Shown here piece by piece: positions 49,950-59,006 of a stretch of 64,000 nucleotides of DNA (position 1 is the stretch's first letter; each line of letters opens with the position of its first letter). The translations under genes and the position numbers were made by a program. This DNA comes from Rubripirellula sp. (GTDB lineage: Bacteria; Planctomycetota; Planctomycetia; Pirellulales; Pirellulaceae): NCBI GenBank assembly GCA_965216875.1, contig OZ244207.1:5216001-5280000 (forward strand), written 5' to 3'. Below the pieces are notes generated by a model, which was not told the origin of the DNA, did no database searches, and saw only the letters and a list, made by a program, of their open reading frames with translations.

Positions 49950-50237
49950 ATGCAGATTTACGGTCCATACCGGGTTTCGACCACTCAATCCAACTCCGGA
50001 CCTCAGCGCGCCCAGTCTCAACCACCGGCCGAACAGCCGAAGAAGAGCACGCCCACCGATCAACTTGATCTTTCCAGTGGCGTGAATCGTCTCGAGACCA
50101 CCTCGCCTGTGGCGGGAAGCGGTGAAATTCGCATCGATCGCGTCGCCGAGATCCGTCGTCAAATCGCCGATGGCAGCTACGAGACCCCCGAAAAGCTCGA
50201 CGCAGCACTCGATCGACTGCTCGACCAATACGCCTAA
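49950..50237 (+). CDS. flgM: Anti-sigma-28 factor FlgM
   Basis: DQLDLS, IRIDRVAEIRRQIADGSYE. Confidence 0.88.
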   Translation: MQIYGPYRVSTTQSNSGPQRAQSQPPAEQPKKSTPTDQLDLSSGVNRLETTSPVAGSGEIRIDRVAEIRRQIADGSYETPEKLDAALDRLLDQYA

Positions 50238-50313
50238 ACGGCTAGACACCCTGACGCCTTGACGCCCAAACGCTCGAGTCGTGGGTCAGGTCTCCTCCGC
50301 AGATGACCGATGA

Positions 50314-50349
50314 CGCGGCAGCCAATCTTCGTGGTTGCCGCGCGGTTTT
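50314..50349 (+). terminator. Possible intrinsic terminator after flgM
   Basis: cgcggcagcca-atcttcg-tggttgccgcg hairpin with a weak U tract. Confidence 0.35.
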
Positions 50350-50511
50350 GACGCTCAAAAGGGACGTCAATTCGGCACAGCGACTGCCCAAAACTGGACG
50401 GTTGAATATATTGTGGGGAAGAAGAAGCGTTGATCTGACGGCCTCCCATGGCCCGATTCGGTTTCCGCTTCCAATCACCCAATACCCATTGCATGCTCTG
50501 GTCACCCCACT

Positions 50512-51009
50512 GTGAATGCTCCCTCGCTGAAACCACTCGACGTTTCGCTATCGCCTCAAGAGCGATTCGAGGAGTATTTGCAGACCCGTGGGTTGCGGCA
50601 AACGAGTCAACGCAAATTCCTGATCGCGGAAGTCTTTAGCAGCCACGATCACTTTGACGCTGACGAACTGATCGATCGGCTGCCCCGTCGTGGCGAAGAG
50701 AACTACGTCAGCCCGGCGACTGTCTATCGAACGCTACGCGACTTGGTTGACGCTGGGTTGTTGCGAGATTTTCAGCTCGATGGCCGAACGGTTTACGAAC
50801 ACGACTACGGCTACCCCCAACACGATCACCTCTACTGCACTCGCTGCCGAAAGTTGATCGAGTTTCAAAGTGACGAGATCCTCGAACTGCGAGACAAGGT
50901 TGCCGCCGAACAAGGTTTCCGCGTCACCGGTCACCGGTTGATCATTCAAGGCGTTTGCCGTGAATGCAGCCGCAGCCGGCGCAAGAAACGCAAACAAGAC
51001 CTCGTGTAA
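50512..51009 (+). CDS. Fur-family transcriptional regulator
   Basis: T.QR..I, HFDADE, ATVYRTL, HDHLYCTRC, GVCREC. Confidence 0.93.
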   Translation: MNAPSLKPLDVSLSPQERFEEYLQTRGLRQTSQRKFLIAEVFSSHDHFDADELIDRLPRRGEENYVSPATVYRTLRDLVDAGLLRDFQLDGRTVYEHDYGYPQHDHLYCTRCRKLIEFQSDEILELRDKVAAEQGFRVTGHRLIIQGVCRECSRSRRKKRKQDLV

Positions 51010-51017
51010 ACGCGTTC

Positions 51018-51186
51018 GTAGTACCGCCTTTAGGCGGAATCGCCGCCGGCCGTCCAGTACGCCCCGGAGAGGCCCGACGCTAGCTAGCGCGTTCGGCTCA
51101 CGAGGATACCGTAGCTACCTTCGCCAGAAGGTGGTCGTGCTGGTAGGCGGCTCTCCACGACACCACGCTCTGGCGAGCGTAGCTAC
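51018..51186. repeat. Mosaic REP-like cluster
   Basis: gtagtaccgcctttaggcggaat...gttcggctcacg, then gtagctaccttcgccagaaggtgg...ccacgctctggcgagcgtagctac. Confidence 0.82.
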
Positions 51187-51219
51187 GGAATAGGCTAGGC
51201 AGCTGACCCGATTCACGGC

Positions 51220-51639
51220 TCAAACGGCTTCGCGGATCTGTTTCAGAATCGCGCCGAGAACGGGTTGGTTCTCGTCAAAGTCTCGGCTCTCGGTTTGAAA
51301 CTGCACGAGGTATCGGTCCGCTCCGATATTCATCAGGATCAACCGCGACACGATCACCAGGTCGAGGTAGTAGAAGCGGAAGTCGACGATTCGCTCGCCT
51401 TCCTCCCCAGGCACATCCTCACGCTCGAGCTCCGAATACTCTTCCGCCAACATGTTGGCCACCTCTTCGATCAACTCATCGTCGAGCGATCCGTCTCGAT
51501 TGCGTTCGAGCGAAAAGAACCCACCTGAGGGCATTTCGAGCGTCACTCCTTGCTCGGCGTCGTCTTCATCGCGAAGCACGACTTGCCAATTATCGGGATA
51601 AAGAAATTTGAGTCCAAACGATTCAAAGGTTGCTGGCAT
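51220..51639 (-). CDS. Hypothetical protein (acidic)
   Basis: Protein-like ORF with F.YPDNW and FYYLDLV motifs; start MPATF. Confidence 0.7.
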   Translation of the reverse strand: MPATFESFGLKFLYPDNWQVVLRDEDDAEQGVTLEMPSGGFFSLERNRDGSLDDELIEEVANMLAEEYSELEREDVPGEEGERIVDFRFYYLDLVIVSRLILMNIGADRYLVQFQTESRDFDENQPVLGAILKQIREAV

Positions 51640-51812
51640 GATGACGACATTGCGGGGTTTTCGAGTTCTCGAGGCTCCATGATGGCCTGTCGAGAAAGAT
51701 TGGGGAAGTGAGTCAAGCCGCCCCGGCGGCAATCCGAAACGACAAATGGGCCAACCATTTATTGCTTTTTGCATCGGGCTTTTGATAAGACCGCAAAGAC
51801 TCATCACCTCTT

Positions 51813-52754
51813 ATGGGCCCCCGAATGGAATCGTTTGCCAGCAAAAAACTGCTGACACTCCTCGCCCTCGCGCAGCTTCTAGCTGTCGCGAGTGGATGTC
51901 GAGCGATCCGTCGGTTCGGTGACAGCCACCAAACGATCGCAGCCCGCCGACTCTCGGGCCAGGGGTTTCAGGCGATGCACGATGGTCGCTGGGAAGTGGC
52001 CGAGTCGCTGTTCAATGACGCATTGGATGTGTCCAAAGCGAATGACCGCGCCCATTGGGGACTGGCCGAATCGCATTGGCAGCGCGGCGAACGCGAAACC
52101 GCGATCGAACACATGGAACATGCCGTTCGCCTGAGTGCCGACGACCCGCGGATGGTCCAACGGCTCGGCCGCATGTACCTGGAAACGGGCCGATTGAAGG
52201 ACGCCGATGCGCACAGCCTCTGGGCACTCGAATTGCAACGCGACTCGGAAGAAGCTTGGGCGCTTCGAGGCGATTGTTTGAAAGCGGCCGGTTATGGTGT
52301 CGAAGCACTCGAAGCCTATCATCGCGCTTTAGCGATGCGTCCTGACTTTCCCGAAGTGCAATTGGAAGCCGCCGAAATCTATCGCGCCGGCGGTCAATTC
52401 GATCGCGTCCTCGCGACACTCAACCAGTTGCAAGACGGTGTCGGAATCGAAGACGCCCCGGCGCGAGCCGACATGTTGCAAGGCATCGCGATGAAACACC
52501 TAGGGCGAACCAACGAAGCGAGACGCTGCTTCTCACGAGCCGCAACCAAGAGCCCCGAGGACGCAGCACCCCATTTGGAACTCGCGGCGCTCGCTCTGGA
52601 AAGCGGCGAAGTTCAACAGGCCCAAGAATCACTCAGCACCGCCATGCGTTTGGCCCCCGGGACACTTCAACAGTCCGAACTGATGCGGCAACTGCAAGGA
52701 TCCTCCGAGAGATTAGCGATCGACCCCAACGACGCCACGCCCGAATTGCGATAA
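51813..52754 (+). CDS. TPR-repeat lipoprotein
   Basis: ASGC lipobox-like motif; several TPR-type helical repeats. Confidence 0.8.
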   Translation: MGPRMESFASKKLLTLLALAQLLAVASGCRAIRRFGDSHQTIAARRLSGQGFQAMHDGRWEVAESLFNDALDVSKANDRAHWGLAESHWQRGERETAIEHMEHAVRLSADDPRMVQRLGRMYLETGRLKDADAHSLWALELQRDSEEAWALRGDCLKAAGYGVEALEAYHRALAMRPDFPEVQLEAAEIYRAGGQFDRVLATLNQLQDGVGIEDAPARADMLQGIAMKHLGRTNEARRCFSRAATKSPEDAAPHLELAALALESGEVQQAQESLSTAMRLAPGTLQQSELMRQLQGSSERLAIDPNDATPELR

Positions 52755-52767
52755 CGGATCAGCAATC

Positions 52768-52963
52768 ACCCTCCCGCTTGCGGGAGGGTCGGGCGCTAAA
52801 GCCCGGGGAGGGCCGTTCGAGGTGCCCCTCTCCGGGCCTGAGAGCCCGACTCTCCCAAGGGAGCGTGCCAGCCGGATGCATGACATTTTGAGCTAGACCG
52901 ACCACTACGAAGAGGACGCGGAGCGTCCATGAGTGCGTTACCACGCGGAGCGTGGTAACGAGG
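52768..52963. repeat. Mosaic REP-like cluster
   Basis: ccctcccgcttgcgggagggtcggg...cccgactctcccaagggag, plus an inverted copy of the 31697 element. Confidence 0.78.
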
Positions 52964-53274
52964 CGGAACGGCGGGACCGTTTCCGATCCTAACGATTGTT
53001 CCGTTAACTCTGTTGGTTGTGCGTGGCAGCGAGAGGTTGTCAGTTTTCCGTTTATTCCAAGCTGAAATCTTTGCTGAGGGCGGAATGCGGGAATGTTTCA
53101 CCTTGTTGGGGAAATCCAGCAAGAATCTGACGCCACCTACAAATTCTTGACGTAAGTTTCGTTCGTACACTGTCTATGAACGTGCGCGCTCATAGGCCTG
53201 TGGAACTGGCATGCATGGGTACAAATCTTCAATCGGCATGCCCAAGCACTTTTCCGTGAAGCGAGAAGCAACTT

Positions 53275-53577
53275 ATGTCCCAAAACGAAGTCACTCCTGG
53301 CATCGCCAACCCTGCGACGGGCATGGCCAATGCGGCGGCAGCCAACTTTTCGGTCGGCCCTGGTTCGAGCGAGTTCGTGGATCGACGTAGTTCCGGTGGA
53401 ACCTCACGTGGACAAGGTGAACGGCGCCAATTCGGCAGCTCGCACACTGGCCTGTCCGATGAAGGTCGCGAACTTGCAGCGGCAATCGACCAGTACAAAA
53501 TTGAACACCATCGCCGCTACCTGACCTGTGACGAAATGCTGGTTGTGCTTGGCGATCTCGGATACAGCAAGAGCTAA
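53275..53577 (+). CDS. Hypothetical protein
   Basis: DRR/ERR motifs and AIDQYK..H.RRY.T..E.L.VL..LGY. Confidence 0.7.
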   Translation: MSQNEVTPGIANPATGMANAAAANFSVGPGSSEFVDRRSSGGTSRGQGERRQFGSSHTGLSDEGRELAAAIDQYKIEHHRRYLTCDEMLVVLGDLGYSKS

Positions 53578-53602
53578 GTACGAATCGTCTGATCCAAGTG
53601 AT

Positions 53603-54544
53603 TCACTTGATCAGCGGCTGCAAGAGTTGTCGACGCGTGACAACTCCTTGCCGCTCGCCCTTCTCATCGACCAAAACGGCAACCTCGCTGCGTGCATCGT
53701 AAAGTCGAAGCAGCAATCCGAGGTGTCGATCGGTCGTTTCCCCAACGATCACATCGCGTGGGTTGAGGTTGGGTTCTTTCAAACAAAGGTCGGCATAGCG
53801 TAGAAACCCGATAATCTTGTCGTCACGGCGAACAAGCACGATCGGATGGTTTCGGCGTCGCGCTTCGCGGCGAGCCAACTTGGGATCGACCGGTTCGTCC
53901 ACCGTCGCAAGCCGATCTGCGGGAACGCCAAACGCCATCGCCGGTTGTTCACCGACGTCAAACAGATTGGTAGCGAGCGTCCGCTGTTTTGCAGCCAAGA
54001 TGCCTGCCTCGTGACCATCACGTAGCACTTGATCAAGCTCATCACGCGCCATCACCAGTCGCAGACGAAACGGGGTTTCACCAGTGATCAATTGCAACAC
54101 GCTGCCCAGCAATCCCAGCACCAACGAAACGGGTGCGAACAACACCGTCGCGACCAACAAAAACGGGCGGGCGGCTCCGATCAAGCGATAGGGCGCGTGG
54201 TAGAAAAGGTACTTCGGTAGCAATTCGCCAAAGACGAACACCAAAGGCGTCAACAAGATTGGCCCTAGCAGATCAGCACTCGTTCCGGGACCGAACATTG
54301 ACGCAACGGCCATCACGATCGCAAAACTCGTCAGGTAGTTCGCGACGTTGTTACCAACGAGTGTTGTGGCGACAAAAATGGCCGGGCGATTCAAGAGCCA
54401 TACGATTCCTTTGGCGGCTGTCGATCCACTCAAGCCATCCATGATCAAACGTGTGCGTGACACACGGTACAGACCGGTTTCGCTTCCGCTGAAAAAGGCG
54501 CTGAGCATCAACCCGACGAAGAACAGGATCACGGCGAGGGTCAT
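53603..54544 (-). CDS. CNNM (DUF21) domain protein
   Basis: SAFFSGSETG, TLVGNN, FVFGELLPK; degenerate CBS region. Confidence 0.85.
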   Translation of the reverse strand: MTLAVILFFVGLMLSAFFSGSETGLYRVSRTRLIMDGLSGSTAAKGIVWLLNRPAIFVATTLVGNNVANYLTSFAIVMAVASMFGPGTSADLLGPILLTPLVFVFGELLPKYLFYHAPYRLIGAARPFLLVATVLFAPVSLVLGLLGSVLQLITGETPFRLRLVMARDELDQVLRDGHEAGILAAKQRTLATNLFDVGEQPAMAFGVPADRLATVDEPVDPKLARREARRRNHPIVLVRRDDKIIGFLRYADLCLKEPNLNPRDVIVGETTDRHLGLLLRLYDARSEVAVLVDEKGERQGVVTRRQLLQPLIK

Positions 54545-55803
54545 CGCAGTTCCTCCTTTTGCTCGATGCGTTGCACCTCGACCCACGTTTCCCGGGGACT
54601 CTGTTCGACGATCGCGAGCAAGAACGTCCCGAGCTCGGCCGCATCTCCCACGCGTGGCAAACGCTCGTTGTTGCGTTGAATGAAACCAACCACCGTGGTG
54701 ACCGATTCATCAGGCGTCTCCATCCCCAAACGCTTGGCCAATCGCCGCAAGCTCATCGAACCGAGCACACGAAAGCGGCCGGGAGCGATCTCTTGGAATG
54801 CCGCCTCTTCGATCGATTCGTCGGCTGCGCGGCGTGGGTCGAGCCCGCGACGCAAGATGTCGTCGATCGAAAGTGCGCCGACCACTTCGCCAAATTCATT
54901 GACCACCGCAGCGACCGAACGATTCTCGCGGATCAATTGATCGAGCACTTGCGAAACAAGCGCCGACCAGGGGACGTAGATGACCGGTTCACAATTGCCA
55001 GCGAGATCATCCATCTGACTTGGTCGCAACATGGTGATCGCAACGGAGCCCGTGATGGCGCCACCTTGATCGGTGACCATCAAGTAGCCGCCAGGCGGTG
55101 TCCCGTCGGCGATCGCGTCGATGCTGACATCGGCCGAGACCATGGTCAGCTTGCTGCGTGGACGCATCAGTTCACCGACGCGGGTTTCGGCAAACTCGAC
55201 CAAACCCTTGAGCACTTCCTTTTCGCGTTGGATCATCACCGCGTCGTCCGTCCCCAACTCGATCGCGCGTTCGATGTCTGCCAGATCGATCTCGGTCTCG
55301 GGCTGAAACCCGGGCCAAATCAATCGACTTGCCAACAAGTTCGCTGCGCGCACCACAGGCAAGATTGGGCTGACCAAGCGAACGGCCAACGAGAGTGGTG
55401 GGCCAACCATCATTGACAAACGCACCGGCGCGAGGACCGCGACACTCTTTGGCAACATCTCACTAAAGAAGATGATCGTCAGCAGGCTGACGATCGTAAA
55501 AACGATCGCCGCCGACGGTCCGGCTTCGGGGTCCGCTTCCAACTTTGCACCGATGATCGCGGCGATTGCAAAGTAAAGCATGTTGATCAGCAGATTCCAA
55601 AACAGGATCGCTGAAAGGAGACGTTCTGGATCATCGAGCAGACGCAGCGCGATGCGGCCGCTAACGCCACCGCGCGCCAGTAGGGCGCGTCCACGTTTCT
55701 GGAGTGAAAAAAGTGCGGCCTCACTGCCGCTAAACAGGGCGCTAAAAAGAGTCAGCACCCCCATCGCTAAAAGCCAAAGCCATGCGTCAGCGATCCAGGT
55801 CAA
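54541..55803 (-). CDS. CNNM/CBS/CorC (TlyC-like) protein
   Basis: SALFSGSEAA, FSEMLPK, LMRPR, VVNEFG, RLPRVGD. Confidence 0.87.
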   Translation of the reverse strand: MTWIADAWLWLLAMGVLTLFSALFSGSEAALFSLQKRGRALLARGGVSGRIALRLLDDPERLLSAILFWNLLINMLYFAIAAIIGAKLEADPEAGPSAAIVFTIVSLLTIIFFSEMLPKSVAVLAPVRLSMMVGPPLSLAVRLVSPILPVVRAANLLASRLIWPGFQPETEIDLADIERAIELGTDDAVMIQREKEVLKGLVEFAETRVGELMRPRSKLTMVSADVSIDAIADGTPPGGYLMVTDQGGAITGSVAITMLRPSQMDDLAGNCEPVIYVPWSALVSQVLDQLIRENRSVAAVVNEFGEVVGALSIDDILRRGLDPRRAADESIEEAAFQEIAPGRFRVLGSMSLRRLAKRLGMETPDESVTTVVGFIQRNNERLPRVGDAAELGTFLLAIVEQSPRETWVEVQRIEQKEELR

Positions 55804-57569
55804 CCGCCGTCTCCACCAGCCCCGCGATCACGCTCGAGCGAGACATCGAATTCGCTCAGCGCGGGCACCATCATGGCTGCTGTGGTGAACCCATAGCCGA
55901 CAATCAAAGGAAAGACGACCAACAGATGGTCGGTCTGCAGCAAGAACTGGGTGATCACATAAAACGTCACCAGCGGCAACATAAAGGAGGCCGCAAAAAT
56001 GGCGGACGACGGATTACGCCAACCGAGCGATGCAAACAACGCCGCACCGCCACCCAAAATCATGACCAAGAAGGGCGCCAACTGGTACTGAAACGCACCG
56101 CGAAAGCTGACCATGATCGTCATGCAAATCGCGATGCCAACGCACAAGAAAAAGACCGTCCCGAGACTGGCCAACGTCGCCGTGCGTCCCGCGGCATAAT
56201 TCAATCCCGAGTGAATGCCCAACATCGAAACGAAGATGTAAAGCATCGCCCCGCCAACGATCGTGTAGCACATATTCTCGAACGTCATCACATTGGCCTG
56301 CCCCAAATACAGGACCAACAGCAACGGCAGGATGATCATTTCTTTGGCAACGTAAAGCACGCCCAGCAATTTGCCAAAAACAAATTCGCTCGGTCGCAGA
56401 TCCGTGACCAGCAATAGATCGAGTGCTAAACCATCTCGCTCGCCGGTCACCGCGTTGACAGCGAGTGCATTGACCAACACCAGGCTGATCACACCGATCA
56501 TCGCCAGCGGAAGCGTTGCCGAGGGCAGGGCACGTCCGATCCGCGCGGCAGGTTCAAATGCGACTCCCGTCTGAACTTGGTAGTAGACGATCGCTGCAAC
56601 CAAAGCGAACAACAATGCAAAGGCGACGCGGATCACGACCACTTTGCGGCCGTAGGCCCAGGTCCGAATCTCGCGCCAAAGGATGGGATTGTTCCAAACC
56701 GGACGTGGCGCGCGTACTTTCCAGCTCGTCGGCGTTGCCTCTGATTCGGCCTCTTCACCCGTTTCGGGCTCGGGCGCTTTCATGCGAACTTCGCGCGACG
56801 GGTTCCAAACTCGCACCCGCGCCACACCAAGGGCCACGACAAGAATCGCCAGCGTGACGGTAACGCCCACGAACATACTGACGGCCGTTGCCACTTCCGC
56901 GTTCAAACTTGCCATCGGCGAAGCCACGGCGAACAAAGCTCCCGCGGGGCTAAGAACCAAACGCAAAGCTGCTGGTACCGCATCGATACGACTGACCACC
57001 TCGCCGACCACGACGTACATCAACAGCAGCAATACGGTCAACGCGATCGCTTGGAACGTTTTCTCACGCCACATGCCCACGACCGTTCCAATCGACCCGG
57101 CAAAGACGACCGTTGCTGCGGTGACCGCGTAAACCCCGAGCACTTGGCCTGGCGAAACGCCGCCGAACAGTGGCAGCGTCAACATGAGCGGCAAGCTGCA
57201 GACCAACAGCGATAGAGGCGCAAGCAGCGTTGCGGTTAGTTTTCCGGCAACGACTTCGAATCCGGAGAGCCGAGTCAGCAACAGCAAGATCAGCGTTCGA
57301 CGATCCTTTTCCTGAGCCACACTGCTGGCCGCCCCGACGGCCGCGAGACTGCTCAGGATCAACAGCTGGAGTGGGGCGAGGATCGTAAACATCCACCCAC
57401 CGAATCTTGCCGCATCCGAGGCGGTTGCAAGTGAGCGGGCACCATCGAGCACCAGGTAACCGGTGGCCAAAAGAGTGAAAAGCGAAAGCACGTAAACCGC
57501 ACGAGCCAAGTAGGTCTTTGGCCGTTTGGGGACGATGATCGCCTCACGGTTGAAAATCGGTCCAAGCAT
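55800..57569 (-). CDS. ABC-2-type permease with internal duplication
   Basis: EKDRRTLILLLLT..GKL and ERDGLALDLLLVT..GKL halves joined by NPILWRE. Confidence 0.82.
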   Translation of the reverse strand: MLGPIFNREAIIVPKRPKTYLARAVYVLSLFTLLATGYLVLDGARSLATASDAARFGGWMFTILAPLQLLILSSLAAVGAASSVAQEKDRRTLILLLLTRLSGFEVVAGKLTATLLAPLSLLVCSLPLMLTLPLFGGVSPGQVLGVYAVTAATVVFAGSIGTVVGMWREKTFQAIALTVLLLLMYVVVGEVVSRIDAVPAALRLVLSPAGALFAVASPMASLNAEVATAVSMFVGVTVTLAILVVALGVARVRVWNPSREVRMKAPEPETGEEAESEATPTSWKVRAPRPVWNNPILWREIRTWAYGRKVVVIRVAFALLFALVAAIVYYQVQTGVAFEPAARIGRALPSATLPLAMIGVISLVLVNALAVNAVTGERDGLALDLLLVTDLRPSEFVFGKLLGVLYVAKEMIILPLLLVLYLGQANVMTFENMCYTIVGGAMLYIFVSMLGIHSGLNYAAGRTATLASLGTVFFLCVGIAICMTIMVSFRGAFQYQLAPFLVMILGGGAALFASLGWRNPSSAIFAASFMLPLVTFYVITQFLLQTDHLLVVFPLIVGYGFTTAAMMVPALSEFDVSLERDRGAGGDGG

Positions 57570-57992
57570 CGATGTCTGCCGTGATTGGGCGGTATTTCGC
57601 TGAGGGTATTGCCGGGGGGTTTGGTCGACTCTGCCAATCCGGACGGCGCGGCTGAGACGTCGATATGACTAATAGGGTACCCAGAACGGTTTGGTTCATC
57701 ACCCGGTCCACCGAAGTACCGCAATGCCCCTTTTTTTTCTCCAACCGCTACAAACCGAACAACGATCATCCCAGAGGGTGGTATCAGAGCGAAGTGACGT
57801 CATTTGTGCCGCATTGCGGCGTTTCACACCGCCGGCGCACTATGGTTCCAGTACGGGGACGTTCTGCGTCATGCACCCAACACCGTGCATCGTCACGTTG
57901 CAACTCGGGTCATCGACGGGGGAACACAAACGCCCGGGATCAGAACAACGCGGAACCTCACACGCCACAGCTGTCCCACCAAAGCAACCACA

Positions 57993-58184
57993 ATGTTCAA
58001 ACCATCCTTTGCCCGAACGATCGAGTTCTTTCAAGAAGAAGATGCTGCAACCGCCGTCGAGTACGCGGTCATGTTGGCATTGATCATCGTTGTCTGTGCT
58101 GCGTCGGTCACCACGTTGGCGACTCGCACCAAGGAGAGCTTTGATACCTCAGGAGCCGCCATCTCGGGCGCGTGGGGCAACTGA
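57993..58184 (+). CDS. Flp-family type IVb pilin
   Basis: F..EEDAATAVEYAVMLALII. Confidence 0.88.
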   Translation: MFKPSFARTIEFFQEEDAATAVEYAVMLALIIVVCAASVTTLATRTKESFDTSGAAISGAWGN

Positions 58185-58244
58185 TGCTCACAGCTTGGAA
58201 GCAAGCTTCCAAGACGGAATGGATCGATCCAGGGGGGATCATCA

Positions 58245-58781
58245 ATGGTACTGCTGCGACACAAACTGTTCGTCGATGGTGACATCCAAGGCCTGCTGCT
58301 AAGACGCGTCGGCCTCTATGGCTTTGCGTGCAGTCTCTATTTCGCGATCATCCTGTTGCTTGCCGAGTCGATGGCGCACCCGGACGAACCTTGGCTCGAT
58401 GGTGTGTTTCGAGCGTTCGATGAAGCAATCTACTGGGTCCCAGGGCTCGCCGTCCTCGCCCCGATCATTGCTTACGACCTGTTACGCGTCAGCAACCGGT
58501 TTGTGGGCCCGATGTTCCGCCTTCGCCGCGAACTACGTCGACTGGCCAAAGGGGAATCGGTTGAAAACCTGACCTTCCGAGAGGACGACTACTGGTGCGA
58601 AATGGCAGACCTGTTCAACCAAGTACGCGGCGAAATGGAACAGCTGCGCACTTTGCAAAAGGCCCTTGAATCCGTACCAGCAGACGACAACGCCACCGAA
58701 GAGAGTGTGCCGACCCAAAGTCGCCTTTTTCACACCGACGAGGACGACGCGCCAAACTTCTTGGCCGCCAACGAAGCCTAG
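58245..58781 (+). CDS. Two-TM membrane protein with HAMP-like segment
   Basis: SNRFVGPMFRL...LAKG...FREDD...MADLFN. Confidence 0.7.
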   Translation: MVLLRHKLFVDGDIQGLLLRRVGLYGFACSLYFAIILLLAESMAHPDEPWLDGVFRAFDEAIYWVPGLAVLAPIIAYDLLRVSNRFVGPMFRLRRELRRLAKGESVENLTFREDDYWCEMADLFNQVRGEMEQLRTLQKALESVPADDNATEESVPTQSRLFHTDEDDAPNFLAANEA

Positions 58782-59006
58782 TCGTCGCAAGCGGTAGACA
58801 GCCACAGGGTTCCCGCTGGGCCGCCACTGCGTTTTTTTCTTATCAACTGCGTGCGGTGGCCCCTCAACTGACCACGCAAAGACAAGCGATTCCCCGCTAT
58901 ACTCTTGCTGCTTGAGCCGAGAGCCACCCCCATGGCGAGCCGGCGAAAGCAGATTGGCCTATGGATTGGTTAGTGATGGCGTGCACTGGATGAGGGTCAT
59001 CTTGTC

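Noticed and set aside
40111..51186. Composite repeats with variable spacers as CRISPR, attC or IS ends
   Set aside because: They are dispersed singly between housekeeping genes, with no integrase, transposase or evident target duplications. They fit REP/BIME-type elements better.
58803..58862. nhaA-I or fluoride-type riboswitch upstream of the anion transporter
   Set aside because: Only short fragments match (gggccgcc; gtgatgg further downstream), and the required spacing and second conserved blocks are missing.
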